This document shows positions 50,165 to 61,597 of a stretch of 64,000 nt of DNA, in pieces. The position numbers were made by a program, and so were the translations under genes. Where the stretch lies: NCBI GenBank assembly GCA_010909165.1, contig VJWM01000116.1, forward strand, positions 496,001-560,000, written 5' to 3'. This DNA is from Anthoceros angustus (Eukaryota > Plantae > Anthocerotophyta). A model generated the notes under the pieces. That model searched no databases, had not been told where the DNA came from, and saw only the letters and a list, made by a program, of their open reading frames with translations. The stretch's first letter is position 1; every line of letters starts with the position of its first letter.

Positions 50165-53100
50165 GCACTCATTGCCGTCCTGTACATAGCATTGGCGAGC
50201 GCCCTCTACAACGCGATGGTGTAAATAGCATTGGCCAGCGCCCTCTGCAAGGCGATGGATACCTGCTATCGAAAGAAAGCCATCACCGAGGAAAGAGGGA
50301 GACCCACCCGGTTCCGACCATTATGATAGGCTTTAGTACAATCATTAATAAGTGGGGAAAAATCCTTGTAAAATATGTAACGCTTAGAACTTTCATATTT
50401 ATATTTTAGAACTTAGAAGTAGATTTTTTTTAATTTGGTATTTTGAAAATAAATCAAAACAACCCCGGGGGAGAAATCTTCAGCAAGGGTTCTGATTCCC
50501 CTATGTTACACATCGTATCATCCCAGCAGGAGGAGACTTTACTCTTCTCGAGGTCATCGATGCGTGCCTAGATACCATCGCCAGTTATGTGGGACTTGGG
50601 AAGAACTCCCTCACCCACTAAAACTCCCCACCTTTACCTTTGCCGAAATAAGGGCTACCATACATTCTTCGTCGGCTCAATAAAATCGCCATCTTGAACC
50701 TCGTCCCAAACCACTGTCTCCCCAACCCCTAACAGATCGTTGCCTCAGAACGCGTGCACTCCCAGGGAAGGTCTTGCATCCTTCCAATAGGACTGCCCCC
50801 AAGATGATGATTTGAATTCATCCCGAGTCACCCTTATAGGCGGCCAGTATGTACCTCCATGAGGAAAAAGAGCCACAGATGACCGGTGTCCCCTTTCTTC
50901 AAGGCGTGACCCGGCGCGGACCCTCAGAACCCCTAAGAGAACAACTACTTTATCCTCACCCCTCCACTCGAAAAATCGGGAACTGTTGCGACTTTGCGAA
51001 TGAGCTCTCCCATAATCCTCACCTCGGAGGGCGTGGTTGCACTCAAGAAGAAGATGTGCTAAAGATTTCCCCACGATCTGCATTGCGCAGAGGCGATTCA
51101 AGGTGTGTTCGGAGGCACCACCCCAAGCCGAATAGCGTGACATGAGCCCTGTTCTAGCTTTGAATGACATGAGTAGCTGCATGGGAACATCAGCTGGCGA
51201 AGCTGTGAGATAAACCGCAAGCGGAAACCCCTTTGGACATACAAAACCAGATGGTACTACTATTCGTTTGAGTTGGCTCCGAGCGACCGCGACAAAAGCG
51301 GTTTAAGGTGTGACTCAAGACCCTCAAACCTCTCGGGCGAGCCCCAAATCCGTTCACCCTCTTACGCGGGTGTGTGTTTGTGTCTCTTACGATGGGGTCG
51401 GTACTTGAAGAGGTCTCCAACATAGGAAGAGTGTCGGAATTTAAAGAAGGCTCGGGCCTTGACACCAGTAGGCAAAAGGAGTAACCCCAAGCTCACATAG
51501 AGGACCGTGACCACGGTGGAAGCACACAGTTTCAATTATCCACACAGCGCCTTGTGTACGAGGGCCCCTGCTTCTTCGCCCCAATAAACCCCAAAAGTTC
51601 GGCTCCATGAAAGCATCTTTGGTAAAATGACGGGCCTTGATATTGAGACCCGAATGCGGTGGGAATCCTGATTTGAGAAGCGTGTTTATACGAAGAGAGG
51701 ATCACGGGTCCCAGGTGCGAACGATCACTGGATGATAGTTTTCGGGGACAAACTTTCATCAATCGATGAATCGTATATTACATCAAGGAACCGCACCAAC
51801 AACATAGGTGTCATCAAAATCCTGAATCTATTGGGGGCTGCCATGCCACACCGAAACACCACATTTGTTGATGCCGAAAGCCATACCCCATTGCAGAGCC
51901 CACGCGGACAGGTGGTCTAGAGTCCTCTGCAACTCGGTCGGCGATTCACCCAATACTAGAAGATCGTCCGCATAAAGGAGGGCATCCAGATTGTACGGCA
52001 TCCCAGGGACCTCCACACCAACTGGGGAGAAAGTCGCATGGGATACCGGTCTCACTAACTTTGGCGACACGAATAGGTCGTTGATAAAAACATTGAATAG
52101 ACAGGGGGAGGCGGGGCATCCTTGTCGTAACCCGCAAAGGACATCAAAGGGTTCGGAGGTATCTTCCCCGATTCTAACCCTCATTCGGGCCGAGGCGTAC
52201 AGGGCCCGGAAGAATGTGAGGGCCGACCCATGCACCCTGGCTCTCTCCAGCTTATAAAACAATGCCTCGTGGGGCACCGTGTCATAGGCTTTTCGGAAGT
52301 CAATATAGGCCACATAAGTCGGGAGCCCAACGTTCCTCCTACGTCCTGCCACCTCCATAGCTGAGACCACTTGCGCCATACGCTCATTTCTTGGCCGGAA
52401 ACCTGCTTGACCCGGGTGAAAGAAGTTGGCACTCTCCAGCTGAACCTGCACTCTGGTAATGATGATCTTGGTAGCAATTTTGAGGGCCACGGATATGAGG
52501 GCAATGCCTCTATAGTTATCTGGCAGAGTCATATCTCCCTTTTTCCTGATGCAGACCACGTTAGCCGTATTGATATGGGCAGGGATGGGATGGAGCCACA
52601 CCTCATTGACATACCGGAGGAAAGCAATGCCCATCTTGATTTAGGTGCAGAACCACCCGCACGGCCTTTGTCAGTAGCGGGATTGAAACGGCCGGGGATA
52701 CCGGCCCCCGGGGCCCTATGTGGGACATTTGGTGCGGCCTTGCGAACCTCTCCCCAGCGAATGGGGCATTGATCCTGGAAGGGGTCAGCCGTGAGAGGTG
52801 GGAGAGGAGGCAAGGTTTGTCGCACCCCAACAAGCTTCCGATAATGTTGTAACAGCGTTCATAATGGCAGCTCCGTGACACTGCATCTTCATCATGCATG
52901 GGCAACTTAGAACCCCATGGACCTTTTTTCCGGGTCCTGCAGCCATCTCCACGAGGGACATGATCTGCGCATCCGCGAGCTTTGTCCCAATCGGATGGAT
53001 TTGAGGCTGGGCCTTGCCCTCACCCGAGAGAGTGCAAACTCTCTTCTAGATCCGACCACGAATCATGAAGTTTTCTTATCCACCAGTCTTGCGACCTTGA

Positions 53101-54500
53101 GGTTGTAAGCCGCTTTCGTTGTTTTATGAGTCTTTTAACTCCTCTGAGGTGGGGGCCGAGGAGGCGGGGTGGGCTTGGGGCGGTTTAATCCCAAGTTACG
53201 TGGCAATGGAGTTGGAGAGGTCGAAAAGGTCCTCCCCTTCGGTCCACCAGGCCTCCCACGATTATCGCTCAAAATGGTATCTCTGTGCGTGGTCTTCTTG
53301 ACCACCACCGGGAAGGGGCGGGAGAAGGGGCTTTGGGGGCCAGACAACTGAAGGACACTTGAAGGGGCCAGTGGTCAGAGAGATCGCACGACTTCCGCAC
53401 ACGGGGACGTGTGAGTTTGGAGCGGGCACATTCATTAACCATAGATGGTCGACAGGGACTTAGGGACCCCATTTTGAATGAACGTGGCGGGTCCCAAGGC
53501 CGTAAACGGCGAGGGTAGGCGGATGAAGTCCCACTTGTCAATGTCATTACAAGGTGTGTTGAAGTCTCCCATAATGAGCGTTGGGCTGGGAAAAATCCCA
53601 AGAGTTCTCGAAGTCGGTGATCTCCTTCGAGCTATTCGAGCATCACGGTGTCGGCGTTGCGGGACATATATAGAAACAAGCCAAGGATAGATCCGTCGAC
53701 CCCCAGCGACTGGGCAACACCGAATAGGGGCTAGGAATCCCAAGGGGCCACTTTCGAAGTGGACACTACCAAAGCAAGGCCACGTGCACCAATGAGAGAG
53801 GGATTGTCAGTGCTAGAGATCGTCTCAAACCCCGAGAACTCAAGAGGCCAGTGGCCATTTGCTACCCGGGTTTCTTGCAAAGCCAAGATACCCATTTGGC
53901 TCATGAGTTCCCTGCGCTTGTGACGAACTCCGTTTATGTTCCAAAAGGCAAATCGGAGACTAGGGGAAGGGGCCAAAGCAAAAGGGTCCTTTCGTAGTCG
54001 GAGTGCATAGGGGACATGAGGTTTAACCGAAGGCGCGACCTAGGATCGACTTCATCCACCGTGAGGGCCCCAATCCGGTGGAAATCCTAAGGAAAATGTC
54101 AAACCTCGTCCTACACTCCTCCTCTGTCTTGGTCTCCGAAACCCGGTCCCACTTCACAATGTTTTGCATGACCAGTTGGTAGAATGGCGGCGGTGGGGAA
54201 AGCGACGCAGTAGCCCCTAGCGCCCCAAATGCACACCTAGGTAATACTTAGGAAAACGGGGGCAAATGGGTGCAGGAGTAAAAGGCGCCATGGCGTGGGG
54301 GTCTCGAATATAACGGTCACAAAGGGTCCGAAAATCGAGATTGCGGCTAACTCGACACGTGAAAAGGGCCGATGTTGCTTCCCCAACTCCAGAGCAGTAG
54401 AGGACCGCGGGGCAACACCGCCTACCCTTAAACTACTAGTAAGAGACTTTGCAACTTCGAATTACCGGGACCGCCACGGGGAGGCGTCTCTCAACAAGGC
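50165..54500 (-). mobile_element. Non-LTR retrotransposon (LINE): APE endonuclease, RT and C-terminal zinc-knuckle; frameshifted
   Basis: APE: FWNING, LALQET, IMGDFN, LSDHWP (53976-53370). RT: NYRGIAL, QAGFR, YIDFRKAYD, GLRQGCPASP, LYADD (51828-52634). SLAHLLLEC near 51040-51065. Ends approximate. Confidence 0.92.
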
Positions 54501-56474
54501 ACGTAGCATATGTCTTGTTTTTTGGTCTTAGAAATAGATGAAGGAAAAAGAGAATGGAACAAGGTGTGGTGTGCTAGAGCTTTGGGAAATAAGAAGTGAT
54601 ATATGCAAATACGTATGTATCTTGCGAGAAGATGCAAGGGGAAGTACGGGCGGAAGTAGAGTATCCAGTAGCACACGTCCAGGTGTGCGTATCGTACCAC
54701 AAGAGAGATGCGAGAGTGAGGCTTATGTGGTGGGGGCACTTGCTATTAGGAGCCACCAGTGGGAACGTGGTATTTATAGAGGCAGTGAAAGTGGGGCGCC
54801 GCAGTTTGAATGGGTACGAGATTTTATTAGACCGGGTCAGTAGTCAGTACAGTACACAGTATCGTAAGCCGCGGGAGTCGGAGGAGTAGGAGTAGGAGTC
54901 GGAGACGGGAAGCCGAACCCAGAGTGGCTGGCGGGTGGAATTCGAAGCTGCGTCACCCGCCTGGCACATGAGGCGCCGCAGGTGGTGTCAGCAGAAGCAG
55001 AAGCAGAAGTAGCCAGGCAACACTGCCAGCCAGCCAGCCAGCCACCAGCAACCAGCCGGCAACAATCATTCGTCTATCGCTTTGTCCTCTGCACTGCCAC
55101 TGCACCGATGCTGCTGCAAGCGGCACTGTAGCGCGATCGGCCTCTGCCTGCCGATCAGCATTGGTCGTGCTGCTGCTCGCAGCAGCGAAGGCGGGACAGC
55201 GAAATGCGACCGGAAGAAGCCCGGGCCCTGAGAGCGATGCCTTTCCCTGTCAGCGATGGTGAAAGTGAAGGTGAAAAGGGAGCTGGAGCCTGAAGCGCCT
55301 GCCTGCATGGAGGCGAGGAAAGCTGTTTTGTTGCAGAAGAGTGTGCTGCTGCTACAGTGCGCCTGCCTGCGGTGATGCTACAGCGGCCGCTCCTTCTCTT
55401 GCTGCTGCTGCTGCTGCTGCAGTGAGGAAAGGGTAAAGTTAGTGCGCACTGCACGGCGGGGGCAAATTTCTTGCTGCTGCACTGTTGTGTCTGTGGAAGT
55501 AGTAGGTGGCTGTGGTACAGCGCTGGGGCCCGGGGCTGTGCCGCGTGATTACCGCTGCTGGTGTTGGGGCTTATCCCCGCGTGCTAAGCATGGTTGCAAG
55601 AAAGCAAGGCATTGTGTGATGCGGGATGGAGGTGGTCTCTGGCTGAGGCAGGCGAAGGAATTCGCGCTCTGCTCAGTGTGGAATTGAACAGTGCTGACAG
55701 CGAGGAAGGGCGTGGCGGGGGCTGGCCCGGTGCACAGCTGCGCGGTGAGTACGGGCAGCTGCGGGGTCGGGGCTGGCGGATCCGAAGGCTGCTTCGCGGA
55801 AGGCAAGAATTCGGTGAGCGCGGACGCTTGCATGCGTGCAATCTGCTGCCGTGGAAAAAGTTTTCTGATCGGTGACGTCTCCTACCACTTTCTGGCGCGC
55901 TCCCCGGGCCTGGATCGGATGCTGTTCTGCGTGTCGGTTTGGTATCGGGAGAGACTCGAGCGTCGGCGCTGACCGGTCGCGTGCTGGTGGAGCAGCAGGA
56001 TGCGCCCGCCGGATGACGCCGTGTGTGACGGAGGACGAGATCTGGCTTGCGGACGAGGTGTTAGTAAAGTGCTCGATGGGAATGTGGCGAACGTGGGGAT
56101 GCATGGCAGTGAGTTTCGATGGCGGGGGGCGTATGTTTTCTTGTGAGACCGGTGACCGCGTTGCCTGTCTTAAGTTCGCCAATTCTTCGTGGCATGGAGC
56201 CTGGTGTCCAGCGAAGGCACAGCCATCGGGCTGGATTGCTGACTCGTTTCCAAGACTGGGAGCATCTGGAGCAACGTAGGAGTAGCTTAAACATTTTTTA
56301 GCAAATATTGCTGGCTTTTCGGTTGATGCATTGGAGCTCCAATCTGGCGCACTGCACAATTGCGTTGGAGAATCAGCATTGCAGTACACAGGGCTCTGCT
56401 AGTTATATGGCCACAGTCATTGTGATGGTTTTAGGTCACATTGTTTGTTGAAGGAAGACTCAGGTTTATCCTTT

Positions 56475-59400
56475 ATGTTGATGGGAAAGGAGAACTCCTG
56501 GTTACGATGGTTCCTGCTTTTGTATCAGCTGCTTTTCCTCCTTGCAGCGTGTTGCGCACAGGGAAATGCTCCTGCTCCTGGCGCTTCGCTATTAGTAGCA
56601 GACACTCAGGAGGCAGAGGCCATGCTCAGTCTCAGGTGGGATTTGCATATCAAGGAACGGCAGTGGTCAAAGCACATTGATCCGTGCTACAACTGGACCG
56701 GCGTAACTTGCGATTCCCAGGGGCATGTGGTGGGAATCAACCTCACAGGACTGGTCAGGAACCTTCTTGGCCGAGCCAACGCCTCGTTTGCTCTCGATGC
56801 TCTTCAAAGACTTCCGTTCTTGCAGAGCTTCAATGCTTCTGGATTCACTCTCCGGGGGACCTTCCCTGACTGGTTTGGGAGGTTGGGGTCCCTGGTTCTC
56901 GTGGATTTTACTTCCACATCTGTGAATGGGACCATTCCTGCTTCTTTTGGGAATTTGACAAATGTCACTATTATGGCATTAGCTGACAACAATCTCAATG
57001 GACCAATCCCTCCCTCATTAGGGAATCTGGTTGGTATTAAAACTCTTAACCTATCTCTTAATGGTCTTACTGGAGAAGTCCCGGCCACTTTAGAGGATGC
57101 GAGAAACTTATCAGTGCTGGATCTATCAGGCAACCAGTTGGAGGGATTATTGCTGGAGACAATCACGAAGTTTTCTCAGATACAGGAACTACACCTTGGA
57201 GGCAACCGCTTCAGAGGCAACATTCCTGCAGAGATTGGGAACCTGGTTGCTTTGGTCAATTTGGATTTGAGTTCGAATGCTTTCTTTGGCCCTTGTCCTC
57301 AAGAGCTGGGAAAGCTCGTGAATCTTCACAGCCTTGATCTGTCAAGCAACTTTTTGAATGGCAGCATCCCTGACTTAGGAGCCTTGGACAGCCTTTCTGT
57401 CATGGACCTTTCCTATAATAATTTTACAGGGACCTTACCGCTGAACTTTTCAGCCCCGGCAAATGTTCAAAGCATATTGTTGTCACACAATCTAATGTAT
57501 GGACCTATTCCTGGCCTGCTTTTAAGTACTCCAAGCCTATCTCTGCTGAACATATCTAGCAATTACTTCGACGGCGACTTGCCTCTGACGAACTCTGTAG
57601 AGTCCTTTCTCTATGATGATAACTGTTTAGCAGGTGCACCAGGGCAGCGGTCTTTGACTGATTGTCAGTCATTTTACATGGGGGTAGGGACTGTTCCGGA
57701 TAATCCTCAATCCACTGGCCCCTTATTTCCACCGCCAAGTGGCAAACATAGCAAGCGTTTGAAAGCTGCAACCTTAATTGGAGTCGCTTCAGGGATAGCT
57801 GTGATTGCTATCATTATCACTTTGCTTTTGTTCTACTTGAGGTATGAGAGGAGATCGAATGCTGGTAAGGAAGTTGATCATATTAGTGATAGGGGACAAG
57901 GAGCCCTGTCAAGAGCTGTGGCAGGGATGACCAAGGGAGAAACATTCTCGTATGCTGAGCTGCAGAGGGCTACCCAGCACTTTAGTGCAGCGAATTTGAT
58001 CACTGAAGGCCACTCAGGCGATCTATACAAGGGCTTCCTGGATGAGGGTGCACCAATAGTTGTGAAGCGAGTGAACTTCAGCAGAAACAAGAGGGAGGGG
58101 TTTGTTGCGGAGCTTGAGCTTTTCCGCAAAGCTTCACACACAAGACTCATTCCTCTTATTGGACACTGTCTTGAAAGAGAGGATGAGAAGTTCCTTGTTT
58201 ACAAATTCATGCCCAATAGTGATTTAGGTTATGCCCTGCACAGAAAGGGCAGCCCTAGTCCACCAGGAGATTCAGTGCAGTCGTTGGACTGGATAACTCG
58301 CCTGAAAATTGCACTCGGAGCTGCTGAGGGTCTGGCATACTTGCATCATGAATGCTCTCCAGCATTCGTTCACAGGTAATACTCAGCTTGCTAATCCAAG
58401 ACATGTCATAAGGCTCTTCCTCTTGTGTAGATAGCAGATTTGGTACTTGTGCTTATCTGCTGATGGGAATCTGTGTCTGGCAGGGACATTAAGGCCAGTA
58501 GCATACTGCTAGATGACAAGTTTGAAGTGAGGCTTGGAAGCCTGAGCGAAGCTTGTCCACAGCAAAGGGAGTCCCATTCTAGGCGAATATCACAGCTATT
58601 TCGTATATCGCAGTAAGTCTGTTGGTTTCTGCAATAGGCTCATAAACAAGGTGCGGTTTTGCCTGTTCTCGAGGATAGGGGACAAGTTTTGCAACTGATT
58701 GCAGTATCTTGAGAGGAATGGGACATACGATGCGGGATAGAAATGCAGTGGCCTGTTCATTATAGTTTCTTTCAAATACTGACTGTTTGTGTTGATTTCG
58801 TTTGGATTACAGATCAGCCAAACAAGGTGATCCAGGTGTGTACAATTTTGGTTGGTTTTCATATACTACAGAGGAAGTGTGTTCTTTAGGATCCTTTCTG
58901 ATATAAAATTATGCTCTGCAGGAATCCCTGTTCCATCATGTTCTTATGATGTTTTCTGCTTCGGGAAAGTTCTGCTAGAGCTTGTTTCTGGAAACCTTGG
59001 TATCAGCTGTTCAGAGGAGGGGATTGATGCATGGCTTGAATGGGCTCTACCTCTTATTAACCCCGACGACAAGGATTCCATCTTAAAGCTGCTAGACCCG
59101 TCTCTGAAAGTAGAGGAAGACCTGCTGGAGGAGGTCTGGGCCATGGGAATCATAGCAAAGTCCTGCCTTCACCCAAGGCCCTCAAAGAGACCCAACATGC
59201 GTCATATATCCAAGGCTTTGGAGAATCCTTCACGAGTGGTTAGAGAAGACAATGGCAGCGGCAGAATCAGAGCTTCTCCCCGGAGCTCACGCAGTGGAAT
59301 CTTCTTTGAGAGTTGGCGGCATAGCTCATCTGAAACTGTTATCATCCCAGGTACTCTCAGGGAAGAGTACTCTGTAGAGATCAATCCTAGATACACAACA

Positions 59401-59505
59401 GGGACCTCTGCATCCCAAGGTTCGCAAGGAGAGAACGCTCACAGAAAGGCAGGTTCAAGTGAAATATTTCCTGAACCTGTTGATGACAGAACCAGATATA
59501 AGTAA
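56475..59505 (+). CDS. LRR receptor-like kinase, At2g16250-like (LRR-XIV), 4 exons
   Basis: Signal peptide, LRRNT (DPCYNWTGVTC), LRRs, transmembrane helix, then kinase with GHSGDLY, HR/DIKASSILLDDKFEVRLGSLS (GSL in place of DFG) and YDVFCFGKVLLELVSG. Exons about 56475-58375, 58484-58592, 58813-58826, 58922-59505. Confidence 0.93.
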
Positions 59506-59960
59506 CGGGGTTGCCTCATCATCGAAACAGTGATATGCAGCACACTCTGTTAACAATTGGACGGAGGTGATTCTCCTGGAGATTGTGCATATGTAGAGCA
59601 GTCTTGGTGATTTTTTGGCCTTTCCTGTTAGCTGGGTTGGTGTTGAGAGGAAAATCAGTTGTCTCTGAACGCTGAGGACAATAACACAGGTGGACCCGAG
59701 TTTTTGATGTGGTCTGCCACCCGTCACGTCACTTGAGAAGTCTCGTGGGAACAACTCTCACGCTGCTTTGTCTCTCTTGCCTTTGTCTCATGCTGCTTCG
59801 TCTCTCTACCTTGCCTACAGTGTGAGAGAATATGGTACACAAGGCGTGGAGAAGTACAATCAAGGAGAAACACAGAAGGAATTTGCCTGTCTCGTTGTCA
59901 GTGCCCTATATGTATGTACATAATTGAAAAGCAGTCGTACAAGCTCGTGGCCCACGAACA

Positions 59961-61167
59961 TTACGGAGTGACCTCGAACTCGCCAGTAACCGAGACTAAC
60001 GGCGCGACCACGTCTAGCTTGCGTATTTGTACCCCGGACATTCCGAATCGCCTTTCCACCAGGTCAGTTTTCCTTTCTCCCGACCTGCTGCTGTCGACCG
60101 AGTACACATGCAGGGTCTTCCCCTCGTCTTTCACCTCCAAACACAAGCTAACCGGCTGACTAGACTTTGCCCTCCACAGCTGCAGAAAGCCGTCCCTGAC
60201 GGCAACGGAGAGCTCGGGAACCCCGCGGCTGATATCCCACTTTCGCGGAAGAATGTCGGTGAGGGCGCCCGAAATCAGAGGGCTGGAGAGGCTGCCACCA
60301 CCAGTCCCGTCATGGTGTTACAAATCCGCAGGCGCGCTCAACGTTGAAGACTCCAAAGCCAAAGAAAGAGGCAAAACCTGGCATTGAGATCCGTCTCTTG
60401 AATGCCGATGGACGCATTCACGGTGAACGGTTGCAGCAGCGGCTTGTTGCTGCCGAATCGGAACTTGAGAGGCGAGGATTTCAGATCCACGAGTGTCAGC
60501 GCCAAACCCTGCGGAAACATGCTTCATCAACATGTATGCTAACTTCTTCCATCACGGAAGGCAAGCAGTATGCTCACAAAATACCTTGTATACGGCTCCC
60601 TTAGCGAACACCCGGACTCCCTTCACCTGGCCCGTCAGCAGCTCCTGATTCCTCCCTGCTACAGAGATCTTCAGCTCCGCGCAGGTCTCAAGCTGCGAGT
60701 GCGGAAGCTTTGTCACGTCTTGCTCTACAGAAACAGTACCCTGGCAAATGCAGGACGTGCGGCACCTGAGTGCGGAGGTAGGCGTGCAGCGCCTTCTCTA
60801 TAATGGATCCGAAGAAGCTCCCGGAACCGGCCTCGAATTCTGGTTCATCATCGCGCTGGATAGCCTGAATCTGAAGCCTAGCAAAACATTTGAAGCCCGC
60901 GCTTCCAGGCACCTGCGAGCCTTTGTCTTGTGTTCTGGAAAGAGGCTTACACCTGACAAGAAATTCAGGAGCTTTGCCTGAAAAGCGAGGCAGTCACACT
61001 GAATGAGCAAAATGACGGCACCGGGAATCGTGGCTCAAATCAGGGTGGAATGGCAACGGATGTGACTGGCTGGCTGGCTGTCCGCACACCGCCGGAAAGT
61101 TGGACCAGTGATCGCAATCGAATTGTGCGAAGAAGGAGGCAGAAAGGCGAGGCAGAAGAAGAAGCAT
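59961..61167 (-). CDS. DUF2993 (LmeA-like) family protein, probably plastid-targeted; start uncertain
   Basis: Spliced reading: IIEKALHAYLRTQ/LETCAELKISVAGRNQELLTGQVKGVRGVAKGAVYK/GLALTLVDL...PLLQPFTVNASIGIQETDLNA/SLSSPLI...VTGEFEVTP*. Confidence 0.7.
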
Positions 61168-61597
61168 CCCACAGCAAGGCCCCGAATAATCGGGGATTCC
61201 ACGAGACCAAATTACCAACCTGAAGGAGCTCGGAAGAAGCTCCGGGCGCAGCTCAGATTTGAGTGGCGCGTCGTGATTGGTGGAACGGCGAGCGCCGGTT
61301 GCAGCGTCCATCGATGGCTTGACTGTGCCGCCATCGATGCGAGGAGGCGCGGGAGGAGTGATCATTCGTCACTGCCGGAGGTTTTAGGGATTGCGCGGCT
61401 GCCTACCCTGGGGCTGCTTGCTCAGAGGTTTAGCCAGCCACGCGAGCTCGCTGGAGTCTGTACACCTCCACCCGCGCCTCCCCACGTGTTGCCCTCCTCC
61501 TGGGTCACCATTTCCCGGGACGAGGCGAATCGCGATTGCAGGATTCCCGCCCACAAATCATGCGAATGCACCGTGCGCGGTGTCGCCAGCATTGACT

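Noticed and set aside
57950-59230. Missing DFG motif in the RLK as a novel pseudokinase lesion
   Set aside because: GSL in place of DFG is the normal state of the At2g16250-like subfamily.
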